A DNA stretch of 62,282 nucleotides, counting the filler, from Collodictyon triciliatum (taxonomy: Eukaryota), in NCBI GenBank assembly GCA_043381765.1. It is 17 parts of 17 records of this genome, joined end to end, with 100 filler letters (N's around TTAATTAATTAA, not from the genome) between each part and the next. Parts side by side here need not be neighbours in the genome. Positions count along the whole stretch, not along the records: positions 47,488 to 51,113 come from JBHJMP010007063.1; positions 51,214 to 54,838 come from JBHJMP010007064.1; positions 54,939 to 58,560 come from JBHJMP010007065.1; positions 58,661 to 62,282 come from JBHJMP010007066.1; 13 more parts are not named here. One strand, 5' to 3'. The first letter of the stretch is position 1. Each line of letters opens with the position of its first letter. Positions 49,884-62,282 of this stretch are shown one piece after another. The translations under genes were made by a program, and so were the position numbers. The notes beneath the pieces were generated by a model that was not told the DNA's origin, made no database searches, and saw only the letters and a list, made by a program, of their open reading frames with translations.

Positions 49884-50377
49884 GCTTCTGCCTGTCCTCT
49901 TGTTCAATAACTCATAAAATACATTATTTCTTTGCTATATATTTTTTCATTCACACGATTCCACACTTTCGCCTTTATTTCATTACAGAGACCCAGCGTG
50001 TTTAGAAATGCCCGGCGGTAGTGAACAGCCATTAGTTATTTTTTGTTTCGTTTTATTATTTACTCTTCACATTATCTGTTCCCTTTTTTTTCACAGGTCA
50101 GTTTGCCGAGACCTCTTTTGTTCCTCATTCTGTTTCCCACGCCCCGGCATCACACCACTTCAGAGAACAATTCCTTGGGCCAGCTCGTGAGCCTGGTCAG
50201 AGCAGCTGTGAAGTTCACCTTATATCGGGTTGCACTTGCTAAGAAAAGAGCGTGCTATCATAGGCCGGGGTTTATGATTAAGGGTCTCGTCTGGGCAAAT
50301 TAAAGGAGGAAGGAGATGCAAGAAGAGGCGCAAGATAGAGAAAGGCGAGATAGGTTTCGGATTGGCAAATCAGGTGG

Positions 50378-50441
50378 TTAGTAGGGCTGCGCTTGGCCGT
50401 CCGCTCGTTTGTGTTGAACCTTGAGGCGCTTGACACCTGAT

Positions 50442-50507
<66 letters not shown>

Positions 50508-50990
50508 GTGATGGCTTGTGATGATGAGTGTTCGCTTCGTACCGATCTGGAATCCGTTCATGGACTGGATAGCCATCTCAGCCGATCGGGGGTTGTCGTA
50601 AGTAACAAAACCTAGAGAAGAAAAGGGAGAAAGGATATGATTAAGTTTATGATGGTTGCTGGGTAATATTTGGTGGGGGCGATGATGCGGTGACAACAAA
50701 AAGAATGTGTGATGGTGCGATTTCAGTTTTCCACGACTTCATTGAAAAAAATAAAAATTAGGGGTGCAGCCAAGATACATGGAGGTAGAGAAGTAAATGC
50801 CCTAACTTCAAAGTATATGACAGAGGCTGTGTTGGAAGAATGAATCTCTGCTTACCGAAGCATTTGCTCAATCTTGTGGCTTTGTCGATGTAAACTTTCG
50901 CACTCAGCACAGATCCGAATGGCATGAACAGGTTGCCAAGGTCATAATCATTCATCTCTTGAGGAAGGTGATAGATAAAGAGACTGGAGC
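50378..50990 (-). CDS. CELF/Bruno-family RNA-binding protein, C-terminal RRM3 (last three exons)
   Basis: [77 protein letters not shown]...QPY*. Confidence 0.92.
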
Positions 50991-51495
50991 CTGCATAATC
51001 AGGGAGTTATGTTTTGGAGTAGATACGGAGGTGGCAATTTTGCAACCTTAAAAGAAACACTAGCTGCAAGTCAAGATATCATCACATCGATGCCATTGTT
51101 CGAGGGAGTGGAGNNNNNNNNNNNNNNNNNNNNNNNNNNNNNNNNNNNNNNNNNNNNTTAATTAATTAANNNNNNNNNNNNNNNNNNNNNNNNNNNNNNN
51201 NNNNNNNNNNNNNCTCGAACCAATCAACCCCCTTCCCCAATCAAATCCGATGGCCATGCAGCATCAATTTTAAGAGTCCCTTCGCCCCAAGGCCAAAAGA
51301 ACCAACTTCCCATCGAACAACATTAATCTTACAAAGAAACAACCAACCTGTCTCTTCTTTCTATGTCCCTCTCTCTTGCGAGGCATCTGTCATTCCGCAT
51401 TCGCCTCATCAACCATTTTGCCTCCCCACTCACAATCTGGCCTATGCAGCAAGAAAGAAACGAAAAGAAGCAACTAAGCGTCCTTAACAAACGTA

Positions 51496-52395
51496 GCCCT
51501 GTCTCTGAAACCCTACTCAAGAAGCGCCAGCGCAGGAGCCATGGCTCTGTCCTCAAGGCTGCCAAAGCCGCCACCCTATTCAAAGCCCGCGCGCTCAGGA
51601 GCCGCTCCACCTTCAAGAGACCTGAGGAAATCGTGCAGGCGTACCGCATAACAGAGAGCCAGTCCAACAAATTCACCCGCGCCTTAAAAACAAAAGAAAG
51701 AGTCGTCGGCCCTTCTGAGCCCAAGCTCATCTTTATGATCCGCCTCCACACTACCACTCACCTCCACTCCCGAGTCACCAGAGTTCTGCACGCGCTGCAC
51801 CTAGACCAGGATTACCAAGGCACATTTGGTGTGCTAACAAAGTCCTTCATGAAAACGCTTCACCTTGTGAAGCCCTATGTTGCCTTTGGGTTTGCCTTCA
51901 TACGTGTCTATCAGCCTATTTGCACATGCACCTCTCCATCTCCTCTCCAAAAATAATAATTCAGTGATATCGTCTGCCTCGCAGGTGGCACAGCTTAATT
52001 ATTGGATACTATATGCCATGTCGTCCCTTGGAACTTTAGTCCTCATTTTAATCATTTGTCCGTATCTTCGATGCAGATACCCCAGTCTCAAGTCTATCCG
52101 CGACCTCATATATAAGCGCGGCTTCGTCAATCGCAACGACGAGCGTGTGCCTATCACTGACAACACGCTTATTGAGAACCTGCTGGGCAAATACAACATC
52201 ATCTGCGTTGAGGACTTAATCCACGAAATCTACACATTGGGCCGCAACTTCAGGAGAGTCAGAAAGATCCTCTGGCCCTTCCAGCTCTCGCCTCCGAACA
52301 CAGGCCCCAGCAAGGTCAAGACCTTCTTCGCTAAGGGTGGCGACCAGGGCGACCGCGAGAACTACATCAACAACCTTATCAGCCGCATGAACTAG
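51496..52395 (+). CDS. Diverged RPL7 (uL30) paralogue
   Basis: [74 protein letters not shown]. Intron positions match the gene at 12231-13068. Confidence 0.9.
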
Positions 52396-52782
52396 ACAAA
52401 TCCAGCCGTGTAATCCGACCCTCCCCTCAATGTAGCTGCATCCTGCGCCACCTCAATAAACCCTCAAACGACAAGGCAGATGGGCAGCTGTCCTCTGTCC
52501 TATTTTATATGCTGCTTTATTGGTAGGTTGGTTCTTTATCTGCGGTGTGACAAGACGGAGGCCAGACACAATACCTCCAGGATTCCCTGTGGTGTGCGAT
52601 GCCTGCAACTGAGTGTGCCTTGCAATGAAACATGAACACACGCATGCTTGCCTGCTTCGCAGAGGCATGTCTCCAGCAGAGGGCAGCGGTTAGGAGAAGT
52701 GAGAAAGAAAGCGGCAGAGAATGAGATAGATGTGCGGATACATAGAGAAGCGGGATTCATGCGGCGCACGAGAGGCAATGCT

Positions 52783-54838
52783 TTAGTAGCGCTCGACAAG
52801 CATGGCGTGAGCCTGGCCTCCGGCGGCGCAGGCAGCAAGCAGGGCGATCTTCTTCCCTTCGTGGATGAGGCGGTTGGCACACGTGGCCACGAGGCGTGTT
52901 CCGGTGGCTCCGAACGGATGCCCGATTGAGAGCGAGCCGCCCCAGTTGTTTGTCTTGTCCATCGGGACTTGTCCAATCTATCGCACAAAAAAGAAAAGAA
53001 AGTGGGGTTAGAGAAATCTGCCAGACGTGGATGTCCCCTTTGCAATCGCACGAATTGTCCATTCATCATCAGGAGAGAGAGAGAGAGAGAGAATATTGGT
53101 GCTGAAATCGTGAAAGTAGGTTGCATTGGTGTGGTGGAGGGAGCAGAAAAATGTATATGGTGGGTCAAAGAGCAAACAGAAAATACGGCGGTGAAGAGCG
53201 TGAAGAGAAAAGAGTGGAGAGGTGTACAAACTTTGCCCTTTGAGCGCTTCAAGTAGTCCTTTGCAAACACATCTGAATCGAGGGCGTTCAGGCAGGCGAG
53301 AACCTGACCGGCAAAGGCTTCGTGGATTTCAAAAACGTCGATGTCGTTGAGAGTAAGGTTGTTTCGGTCAAGGAGTTGCGCAATTCCATAGGCTGGGCCA
53401 AGGAGAAGTTGTTCCTACAGGGATGATAGAATAAGACACACAGATAATCAGCTGGTATCAGCTTCTTCATTTCTTTTTTTCTTCTATTTACACATCGTTT
53501 GATATTAGTAGAGGCATTCTCATTACCTTGGGGTCTTGGGACACATAAACATAGTCGCGGATGTAAGCAAGAGGCTTGTATCCATTCTTGACGGCGAATT
53601 CTTCAGAAGTAATCAGAGAGGCTGAGGCGCCATCAGTCAGGAAACTAGCGTTTGCGGCCGTGACAGTCCCGTGCGGCTTCACGAAGGCAGGCTTCAAGGC
53701 TGCCAGTTTCTCTACGGTTGATTCACCACGAATACCATTATCCTTGGTGACAATCTCTTTCTCAAGCGGGACAGGGATTACATCCTTGAGCAGTTTCTCA
53801 GCTGTAGCCTATTGATAATATGTTTTTTTTTTAAATGCGTTCAACGATGGAACGACCGGTAAGCCAAACTATACAATTTTCCTTGCAATGTTTAATAGTG
53901 GCCTTATCTTCAATATTATTAATATAAAAAAAGTTCGTTAGATTTTGTGGGGTTGAGTTAGTAAATCTTTACCTTGGCTGCACTTTGATGAGAGCGAACG
54001 GCAAAAAGATCGCTATCTTCTCTGGAGACGCCCCACTTGGACGCAAGGCGGTCTGCACTCTTGCCCATTGTTTCACCGGTGGAAAACTCCGCAACAGCCG
54101 GGGCCTCGGGGGCGAGATGGCCCAGAGAAATTCCTGTGTTATGCATGAAGTACCAAGAATGCGCGAGCTAAATAAAATGAATGAAAAAGAAAAAGAAATG
54201 AGAATGAATGCAGTTTTGGTGTGGTATGATTAAGTGCCTTTAACAAGCTTCAGGTATCCAGGAAGCCCTCCTTTGACTTTGCTTGCTCCAATGAGAGCCT
54301 TGCGCACAGGGCGTTGGAAACGAATAGGGACATCACTCATTGTTTCGACCCCTAATATTTGCACACGAGGCAAAATGATAAATAGCATGCATCAAGTCAG
54401 GCTGTTGTGCGAGCAAAGAAGCAATATTTGAGTCTCATGAGGCAACACATGTGTGATATGGAACATAATTAAAAAAGAAACCTCCAGCTATGATGGCATC
54501 AGCTTGGCCAGTGCGGATAAGTTCAGCAGCGTTTGTGATGGCGACATTGGAAGAGATGCAAGCGAGGGTCACCGTGTTGGCTGGCACCTGATGAACACCC
54601 ATTGAGTAAGGGTTTATGCTAAAGCCTTTGTAAAGGCCTCAATCGCTGTCATGTTGTATTTACAGGGTATAGAAAAAAATAAAAATAAAAAAAACAGCCT
54701 ATTTCGATTGGTATTAGAATGATGCGAAGAGGCTTATATGAAAACAGGCTGATAAGCATTCAAAGCAAAAATGTGAGCCAGTTGGGTTATCTGTGTGATC
54801 CATACGCGATCGGAGATTCCAGCGCCGAGAGCAGCCTC
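52783..54838 (-). CDS. HADHB: Mitochondrial trifunctional enzyme beta subunit (long-chain 3-ketoacyl-CoA thiolase), 5' truncated
   Basis: [10 protein letters not shown] (catalytic Cys), [85 protein letters not shown] and AACAAGGQ. Confidence 0.93.
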
Positions 54839-54938
54839 NNNNNNNNNNNNNNNNNNNNNNNNNNNNNNNNNNNNNNNNNNNNTTAATTAATTAANNNNNN
54901 NNNNNNNNNNNNNNNNNNNNNNNNNNNNNNNNNNNNNN

Positions 54939-54999
<61 letters not shown>

Positions 55000-55056
55000 A
55001 AAAGAAAAAAATAAAGGTATTCTTTTGATTGGTATAAGGGGAAAAAAAAAACTACT

Positions 55057-58000
55057 CTTGCTTTGCGAGACCACTGAGAATGTTGCAATCTTTTGCTGGG
55101 TCAAGCATCAAATGAAAAGTTTGAGCGAGGTGGTAGTTCTCAAGAACCTGTATTTGATCAGTTTTATATCCAACAGTTATTGAATGGGATCATAATCGAT
55201 ACATCTATGAGAATTGTTTCGGGAGAAAGTAACACAAGAACAAAATAACTTCATGACATCGATGTAAGGGGAATAAATGACACATAATTATGTTACATAT
55301 AAAAATGCGTGTACAAACAGATTTATCGTTGTATGTTATGGCTTCAGGCTTTTCCAACGCAATATGAAATGCGTTGTTGTATCCAGGATGACGGAAATCA
55401 TGACAACATGCAGCAATCACACATGCAAGTTTGTCCAGGTCAGAAAGGCAGCTAAGTCATTTAGTAGTGAATTTGTATATATACTTATGAGTCGAATCAA
55501 AGAAAATTAGGTGACAAATAAACCGAGAGCAGCGGGGGAAAAACATTATCAAATATATCGCTGATGGAGGGCGTACCCATTCTAAGAAATGTGATGTGTA
55601 TACACTATATTATCTTTCAAAAATGTCATACTCTATCACTTTCGGTCTGTGCATGATGTAATTCATGTTCATGGTCACGTCAGCAGCATGGATACGATTA
55701 TGGAACGGGTTCTCCTGGTATCCAGCTTCGACTTCCTTCAAAAAATTAAGAAGCTTTGCCTCTGGTATTTTGAACAGAGCAATCAAATTAAGCTTCTTCA
55801 TAATGTAGAGCGTAGCAAACATAAGCGGATGTCCTATGCGGTCGAGATGGGCGTTTTATAAATAAATAAAAGTGAAGAAATATCAGATGGATCTATTTGC
55901 ACATGTATTTCTTTTACAATACAAACCTCCTGTAATTTCATTCAGTGTGAATATATCTGCATTCCATTCACAAGCAGCGACGATTTGCTCGGCCTTTTCT
56001 TGATTTCTATGATCGAATACATCACATATCCCGTTTTTGAATGCATCAAATAAAAAAAAAACTCACAGTCAAGATTTTCGATAGAAACTGATTTTATTAT
56101 ATGCTATGTGCGATGTAATGTGATATATTGGCTTAATTACCCAGGAAGAGTTAGAATTTGTAGAGGACTTGTTGTTTGTCGTCCGTTTTCAACGAGTGAG
56201 CCAAAGGACACAGACCTGTGTGCGGTCGTGCGTGTGTTTGTTGTCTTCACAAACTCATACATGATCCAATTCTGAATATCAGCGTCCACTTCTGCAATTA
56301 AAAGTGATAGATGTTCAGAGTGATGGATTGAAAGGCGAGGACATATTTTTTCCTCTTTATTTTAAAGAAAGGATATTAAAATAGGTATATGAGAAAGAAA
56401 TGTCATAATCAAGAAACAAACCTAGTTCATTCTGTTTAATCTGCTTCTTAAAATCAGGGCTGAACAGATCAGGAATACTCAGAATACCAATCAACGTGTC
56501 TACATCAGATCCGACTAACTCATTCAATTCTAAAAAAAAAAAAAAGTTCGAGACGGTTTAGTTCTTGGCTTGCATATAGCAAACTGAAATCTCAACGGCA
56601 CGCATTTTCCCCTTCATTGATTTGCTGAGGGCTTCTTTTCTTTCTGTAACTATTTTTAACCTTCTTCGATGTATTTTCCCTTTATTATTCTTTTAATGAA
56701 GTAAAAGGGGAAATAAAACAAATTTAACATCAAAAGAGTACCTGTGTGGTCCCTCCACTTCCTCAAAATCTCCATAGCCTTTTCTATGGGAGAATCCAAG
56801 TCCACAGCTTTCTTTTTCGCCGATATCAGGCGGTCAAGACGCTCGCGAAGACTGGTGTTTTTTCTGGCAAGGTCCTTTTCAAATAGAAAATTTCTTCGAT
56901 GCGCTCGTTCTGATTGCCACGCAGCATAAGTGAAGAACACAGAAGAGAGATATATCAAACACATGAAGCTTGCAGCCCGGAGCGTTGTGGAGTAGTTTTT
57001 TGTAGCTATTGTGATAATCATGAAGCCAACCGAAGTGGAGGCTAGCACACCTGCAACATGAATACACGGCAAACGAAAAATCGGATTCAGCAACCCCGAT
57101 AATAGAACCAGAGCAAATGTCATGAATGCAAAGCTATCTTGGTCTTGGATGCGGTAGATGACACTCTCATATTCCACGGGACAAAAATCTAATGCAATAG
57201 AGGAAAAAATTAAAAGACGTAATAGCATTTTCCCTCCATATGATGAGGCGATTCACTACGATTTTTTGATTTCTTATTAAAATATCAACCTTCATCCGCT
57301 TGGCGCTCACAATATTTCAGGTAATCGTCTTGATTATGCTGGTTATAAACAGCATCAACCAGAATTATTCCAAGAAAATTTGATAAAAGTGAAAGATCGA
57401 AGAGATACTGTAAAACCCTGTTTTCTACATTCCCAAAGAACGTGCCAATCGCCACGATGAGTGGGATGGCAGTGCAGGCGACAGATATGGCAATGTACTG
57501 AGTGGAGTCTGATATTTTCTCAAAGTATGCGGCGTAGAAAAGACCATAGAACAGCGCTGTGATCAGTGGGTCGGATGTCATCCAGAAACGAACATGTTTA
57601 ACATATCTGTGGTAATAGTGCTTGTGAAATTCCTGTTCAAGGAGTGAGTTGTTTGTGAAGTGGCATGTGAGCCAGTGCATCGGCGTGCTTTCCACAAAGG
57701 AGTATTCATTTCGCGTTCCCGTCAGATTCTATCGTCGTTTATAAATGAAAAAAATTGAATTTCATCTCTTCATGGAGGAAAAAAATCCAGCAAGTATATA
57801 AACATACAAGTAAACAATAAAGTACTTCATATATGTGCTTAGAATGGCGATTCATTTTTTTTTAAAAAAAAACTACCGTGGTAGTTTTATTATGAATTAT
57901 TGTTTGAGAAAAGAGATATTATGATAAAATATGACGCATGATTTATCATCAAATGCAATGAAGAGATTAAAATAAGAAGATCATGAAAATATACAAATGA

Positions 58001-58360
58001 TAAAACTATCCATACTTTACTCATCCTTCCGATTGATCTAGTCAATGTCCGAATACCCGATATGTTGCTGGGACCTTCTGCGTCACCTTTTCCTTGATTC
58101 GAAGTCAAATCACCGTTTTGTCCAGGGCGCGGAGGGCGTGTGGGAGATTCATCAACACGAGCACCAACGCCAGCAGAGGCAGACGCCGATTGCTTGGTCT
58201 CTTTTTTGTCTGCAGAAGACTCAGCATCACGCCCAAAGGACAGTGGCTTCAGATACTTTGAATCTTTGGACTTTCCGGTTTCCATCCCGCTGGGGTTTTT
58301 TGACTGGTCTTCCTCAGGCTGCTCCAGATAGTTCTTTGGTGTGACCGATATCCGTATCAC
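55057..58360 (-). CDS. Class I cyclic-nucleotide phosphodiesterase with N-terminal multipass membrane region, 3' truncated
   Basis: GYQENPFHNRIHAADV, AACCHDFRHPGYNNAF, YNDKS|VLENYH. Upstream are transmembrane exons, a coiled coil ending DLDSPIEKA, and a disordered N-terminus. Confidence 0.88.
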
Positions 58361-58835
58361 CTTTTCACTCTATGCGTATGATTCAGTGCGGGACAGATGT
58401 AATTTAATTGGTCTACACCTCGTGGTCTTCATACTAAAAGCGAGGTCTTCATAACATGACATAACATAACATAACATAACATAACATAACATAACATAAC
58501 ATAACATAACATAACATAACATAACATAACATAACATAACATAACATAACATAACATAACNNNNNNNNNNNNNNNNNNNNNNNNNNNNNNNNNNNNNNNN
58601 NNNNTTAATTAATTAANNNNNNNNNNNNNNNNNNNNNNNNNNNNNNNNNNNNNNNNNNNNAAAAAGAGAAGAAAAAAGAGAAGAAAAAAGAGAAGAAAAA
58701 AGAGAAGAAAAAAGAGAAGAAAAAAGAGAAGAAAAAAGAGAAGAAAAAAGAGAAGAAAAATAAGCAAAAAAGACAAAAGAGATATATAAAGCGGGAAATG
58801 ACGAAGCAGAAAAAACAGAGGCGGCCGAGCCAGAC

Positions 58836-60750
58836 TCACGCCCGGTCGGCCTTGTTGAAGACGACAGCGGCAAGCAGGCTAGTGACCAGGGCTGCATTTG
58901 CAACCAGGACAAGGACGCCAGGCCCAAAGACATCATCGTACGGGCCTTCGGAGCGGGCGCGGATTCTGTGTGCGCGCTGGCCAAAGATAAAGTAGGCGTA
59001 GATGCTAAAGACCACTCCGGCACAGAGAAGGATGAGGCCGGCCAGCTGCATGCCAAAGTCGTCGGCGAAGTTGATGAGGCCCAAGGCAAGCATGTTGATG
59101 TTGAGCGACATGTTGACCCAGGTCAGGAAGGTGCGCTCGTTGGCGAAGAAGGTCTTTGGCTCGATGCGCAGAGGGATTTTGGACAGGCGTGAGCGGAGCG
59201 GGCGGTATATGTTGAGGAAGGATGATGTGGAGCAGGAGCAGCAGCCCTCATCGTCGTTGCCAATCACAACCTCGGGCTCTTCAAAGTCGCCGTCCTCCAT
59301 CCCGTCTTCGCTTCCGTCGTGATGGTGATGATGGTGGTGATGCGAGTCAGGTCCGTCACTTTCTTCGCCGCTGGCTTCCAGGCGGCTCCAGTCGTCCTCG
59401 CTGCTTTCGTGCTCTCCTTCAAACCTCACGCGGGTGTATTCCGCACCTCGCTGGCCTTTCTTTCCAGACGGCTGGGTGCTTGGCGGAAGAAGACGGGTCT
59501 GCTCCACGAATTCGCCTGGGTAGTGCGGTTTCTGAAGAAGAATATACAAATATTGGGAAAAAGAAAAAGAAAAGAAAAGAAAAAATAAAGGAATTAAAAC
59601 GTAAATATTATCATGTAAAGATGACTTATAATAATAAAGTGTGCCATAGAAAGATAATGATAGAGCAGTTTTGCTACTCACAGCCAAGTATATTACCTGG
59701 GATGTGCCCTGTGATGAACGTTTTTGACCCTTGGACTGACCTCCAGGCACGCTCTGGGGTGCATTTGCTTTTGCTTTCTTGCTTAAAAGTTCATCCATGG
59801 CATCCAGCCAGTGAGGCAGCGCGGGCACTTGGTCAGGAATCAGCATGACGCATCCGTGGATAAACTTGGAGAACTTGTGTGCCTCGATAAGCATCCCAGA
59901 GTTTATCAGATCCGTGACCCATCGCGGTGGCTCTTCTCTAATTTTTTTTAAATAAAAGGAAAAGGAAAAGGAAAAGGAAAAGGAAAAATGAAAAATGAAA
60001 AAAAAAATGGAAAATGAGGGACACATCCACAGAAAAAAAAACATATTTCTATAGAAAGACACATTCAATTGATGGTCATAGTTTTGTAGCTCTTTTTGTG
60101 TCATACGTTGGGTTCTTTTCTTTTCTTCCTTTCTTCTTTTTTCCAAGTACATTATAATTAAGCAGATTATCTCTACAAACCCTAGCTCAAGTTGGAGCTT
60201 AACTTCCAGAACTGCAAAAGGAAAACGTGTGATATCACTTTCTGGGATTTCCTTGCGTGGATCTCTTCTCCACTCATCTTGCTTGCATTTTTCGAGAATC
60301 ATGGTCAAGTTTGTGTCAATGGAAATCCGCACTATGGCTGTGTCAGGAAGCTGGAAGGCCGTTCTCATGTAAACCGTTCGAACTGTTGGCACGAGCTGCT
60401 TGGATTCAACCACTTGCTGAATCTCACGAGAGAGCGTCAACATCTCCTGGATTTCTTCCTCTTTGGCTCCTTTTCTACGCATGTCTTCAGCTTTCCCATC
60501 CAACTTAAAATCTCCCTTCAAGTAATTCACAACGTCCTTCTCCTTCATTGAAAAACGCGTCTTCACACTGATTTCACCAGCCCAAGAGTCGTGGTGAGTC
60601 TTTCTTTCCATAAAAACATCCGTCGGGTCTCCGTCGCCGTACCATCGGATACGAAAAGCTATGGCGCCCTAGGTTCCAATAATCTTGTTAGGTGCCTTTT
60701 ATTCCCAAGGAGAAATGGGTATCCAAATAAATAGAGCAAAATGATTTTGT

Positions 60751-60818
<68 letters not shown>

Positions 60819-61961
60819 AAAGCCATTTCACTATTTATAATGGAAAAAATTAATCGCTCTAAATTTTAGTTCAAGCAATTGTCAGACTCATAAATAATCA
60901 TGGATTTTGTATGTGTATCCTAGTTTTCGTGTTTCATTTTTCGTACTTTAACTTGTTTGTTTGTTTATGTTTATGTTTGCTTGTTACAATTATTTCGAAG
61001 ATATATACAGACAAAGGAAATGATGCAGGCACCATAAAATGAACAACTATCGTACCTCACGCTTTGTAATTCTCCCGTAGTAAAGCTCCAGGGCAGCGTT
61101 ATCAAAGTAGACCGATGATGTCAACTGAGCATCGCTATTTGACTCCTTGAATTGAAGAACAGGGAGATTCTTTAAGATGCGAAGCTTTACATCTGTCACG
61201 TGTTCCATGCGAACCCAGTATTTTGTCGTCTTGCGCACAAAGTTCTGAGCAGCTTCACCTTGCTTCTTTTTACCTTGGTCACTGGGCCCGCGTAGGCGAT
61301 TATGAATCTTACTAAGCATCACCACGACGTCATCCAGCTTGTCTGTCAGGAACGGCTGTTTCCAGATTCTCACGATGAAAGCTTGTGTGTACTTCACCGT
61401 TCGATGTTTGTCGTGCTTCTTGAGGATTTTGACGAATGCTGTCACGTTCAAACTGATGTACTTTTCAAACTGCAGCAAAAGACGGCTGCACTCGTCCGCT
61501 CCCTGCTTGATGTCCTCTTTGAGCTTTTCGCCCAGCTCCTATTTGGTCAAATAAGACTTAAAGAAAACTGCCAGCTAATTTTATTAACAAAAAATATCAT
61601 AAATAAACAAAAAAAAAATAAAAGGAGAAAAAAGGGGAAAATGGATATATGTGAAGAAGAAGGGACAAACCGCTTTGGAGCTGAGAGTGTCCCACTGCTT
61701 TGCCCGATCGCGTATTTCTTTGGACATTTGCTTCGTAAAGGCATTTATCTTTTCGATTTCCTTCTCCACCTGCTCGCTGAAGCGCGCCTCTCCTCGGGTG
61801 ATTCCCGGCAAGGAAACAGGCATGTTCAGTGGAGTCAAAAGGCGATCACTCTGGGCATTCCCAATCATCTCCTTGAGGATCTTTTTCAGTCCGGCATAGT
61901 CCACGTAGTACTCTTTCCATTCTTCGTGAACGTTCTCTTCCAAGTACTTCCCAAACTTCAT
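58836..61961 (-). CDS. VTC4: Vacuolar transporter chaperone 4 (polyphosphate polymerase; SPX-VTC-DUF202)
   Basis: SPX: MKFGKYL..EWKEYYVDYAGLKK and LNVTAFVKILKKHDK. VTC: FVRKTTKYWV, SVYFDN..LELYYGR, FMERKTH, RTAFQLP..VRISIDTNL, FPFAVLEVKLQ, KFSKFIHG. DUF202: EPKTFFANERTFLTW. Confidence 0.95.
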
Positions 61962-62282
61962 CCCCTGATCTTTTGCACTGGAGAAAAATATATTTTTTCT
62001 CTTAATGCAACTACCCTCTATTTCGCAAGATTAATTCATGTCGAATGACTATAGCTCACACCTTACTCCACTATCAAAACAACAATACCGGACTCTTTCT
62101 ATATTATTTACTTCACCTTCCTGGTTTCATTATTTCATTATATTCGGGTTTCAGTTAATTGGTTTTTTTTTGTTTTTTTGTTCATTTTTTTTGTTTTTTT
62201 TTTGTTTTTTTTGTTCATTTTTTTTGTTTTTTTGTTTTTTGTTTTGTTTTTTTGTTTTGTTTTTTTGTTTTTTTGTTTTTTT

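Overview
Draft genome of an intron-rich, microsatellite-rich unicellular eukaryote, probably flagellated (it has an ENKD1 homologue). The window is not contiguous DNA: about 17 unrelated contigs of roughly 3.6 kb are joined by artificial N-TTAATTAATTAA-N linkers, so adjacency across linkers means nothing. Housekeeping genes, many cut by contig ends: Myb, ENKD1-like, RPL7 plus a diverged RPL7 paralogue, NC2beta/Dr1, a C2H2 factor, a CABLES-like cyclin, UBE2G, a DnaJ-membrane protein, a CK1/TTBK-type kinase, an ARM+ZZ protein, an NTPase-TPR gene, an NHL protein, tRNA-Trp, CELF, HADHB thiolase, a membrane PDE and VTC4. The main result is two diverged, decayed copies (about 3845-6621 and 33075-36097) of a Fanzor (eukaryotic TnpB-like RNA-guided nuclease) locus. 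Each copy has RuvC D/E/D residues and a Zn finger, a candidate omegaRNA with conserved hairpins, a shared probable spliceosomal intron, an AAAATTGA motif (the Mimivirus early-promoter octamer) at -54, and an upstream antisense, intron-containing fragment resembling alkaline ceramidase. An L1/Tx1-like LINE family has left tiny TSD-flanked insertions, three of them inside the Fanzor loci; some end at an internal AATAAA. All identifications come from reading motifs by eye; no database searches were run.
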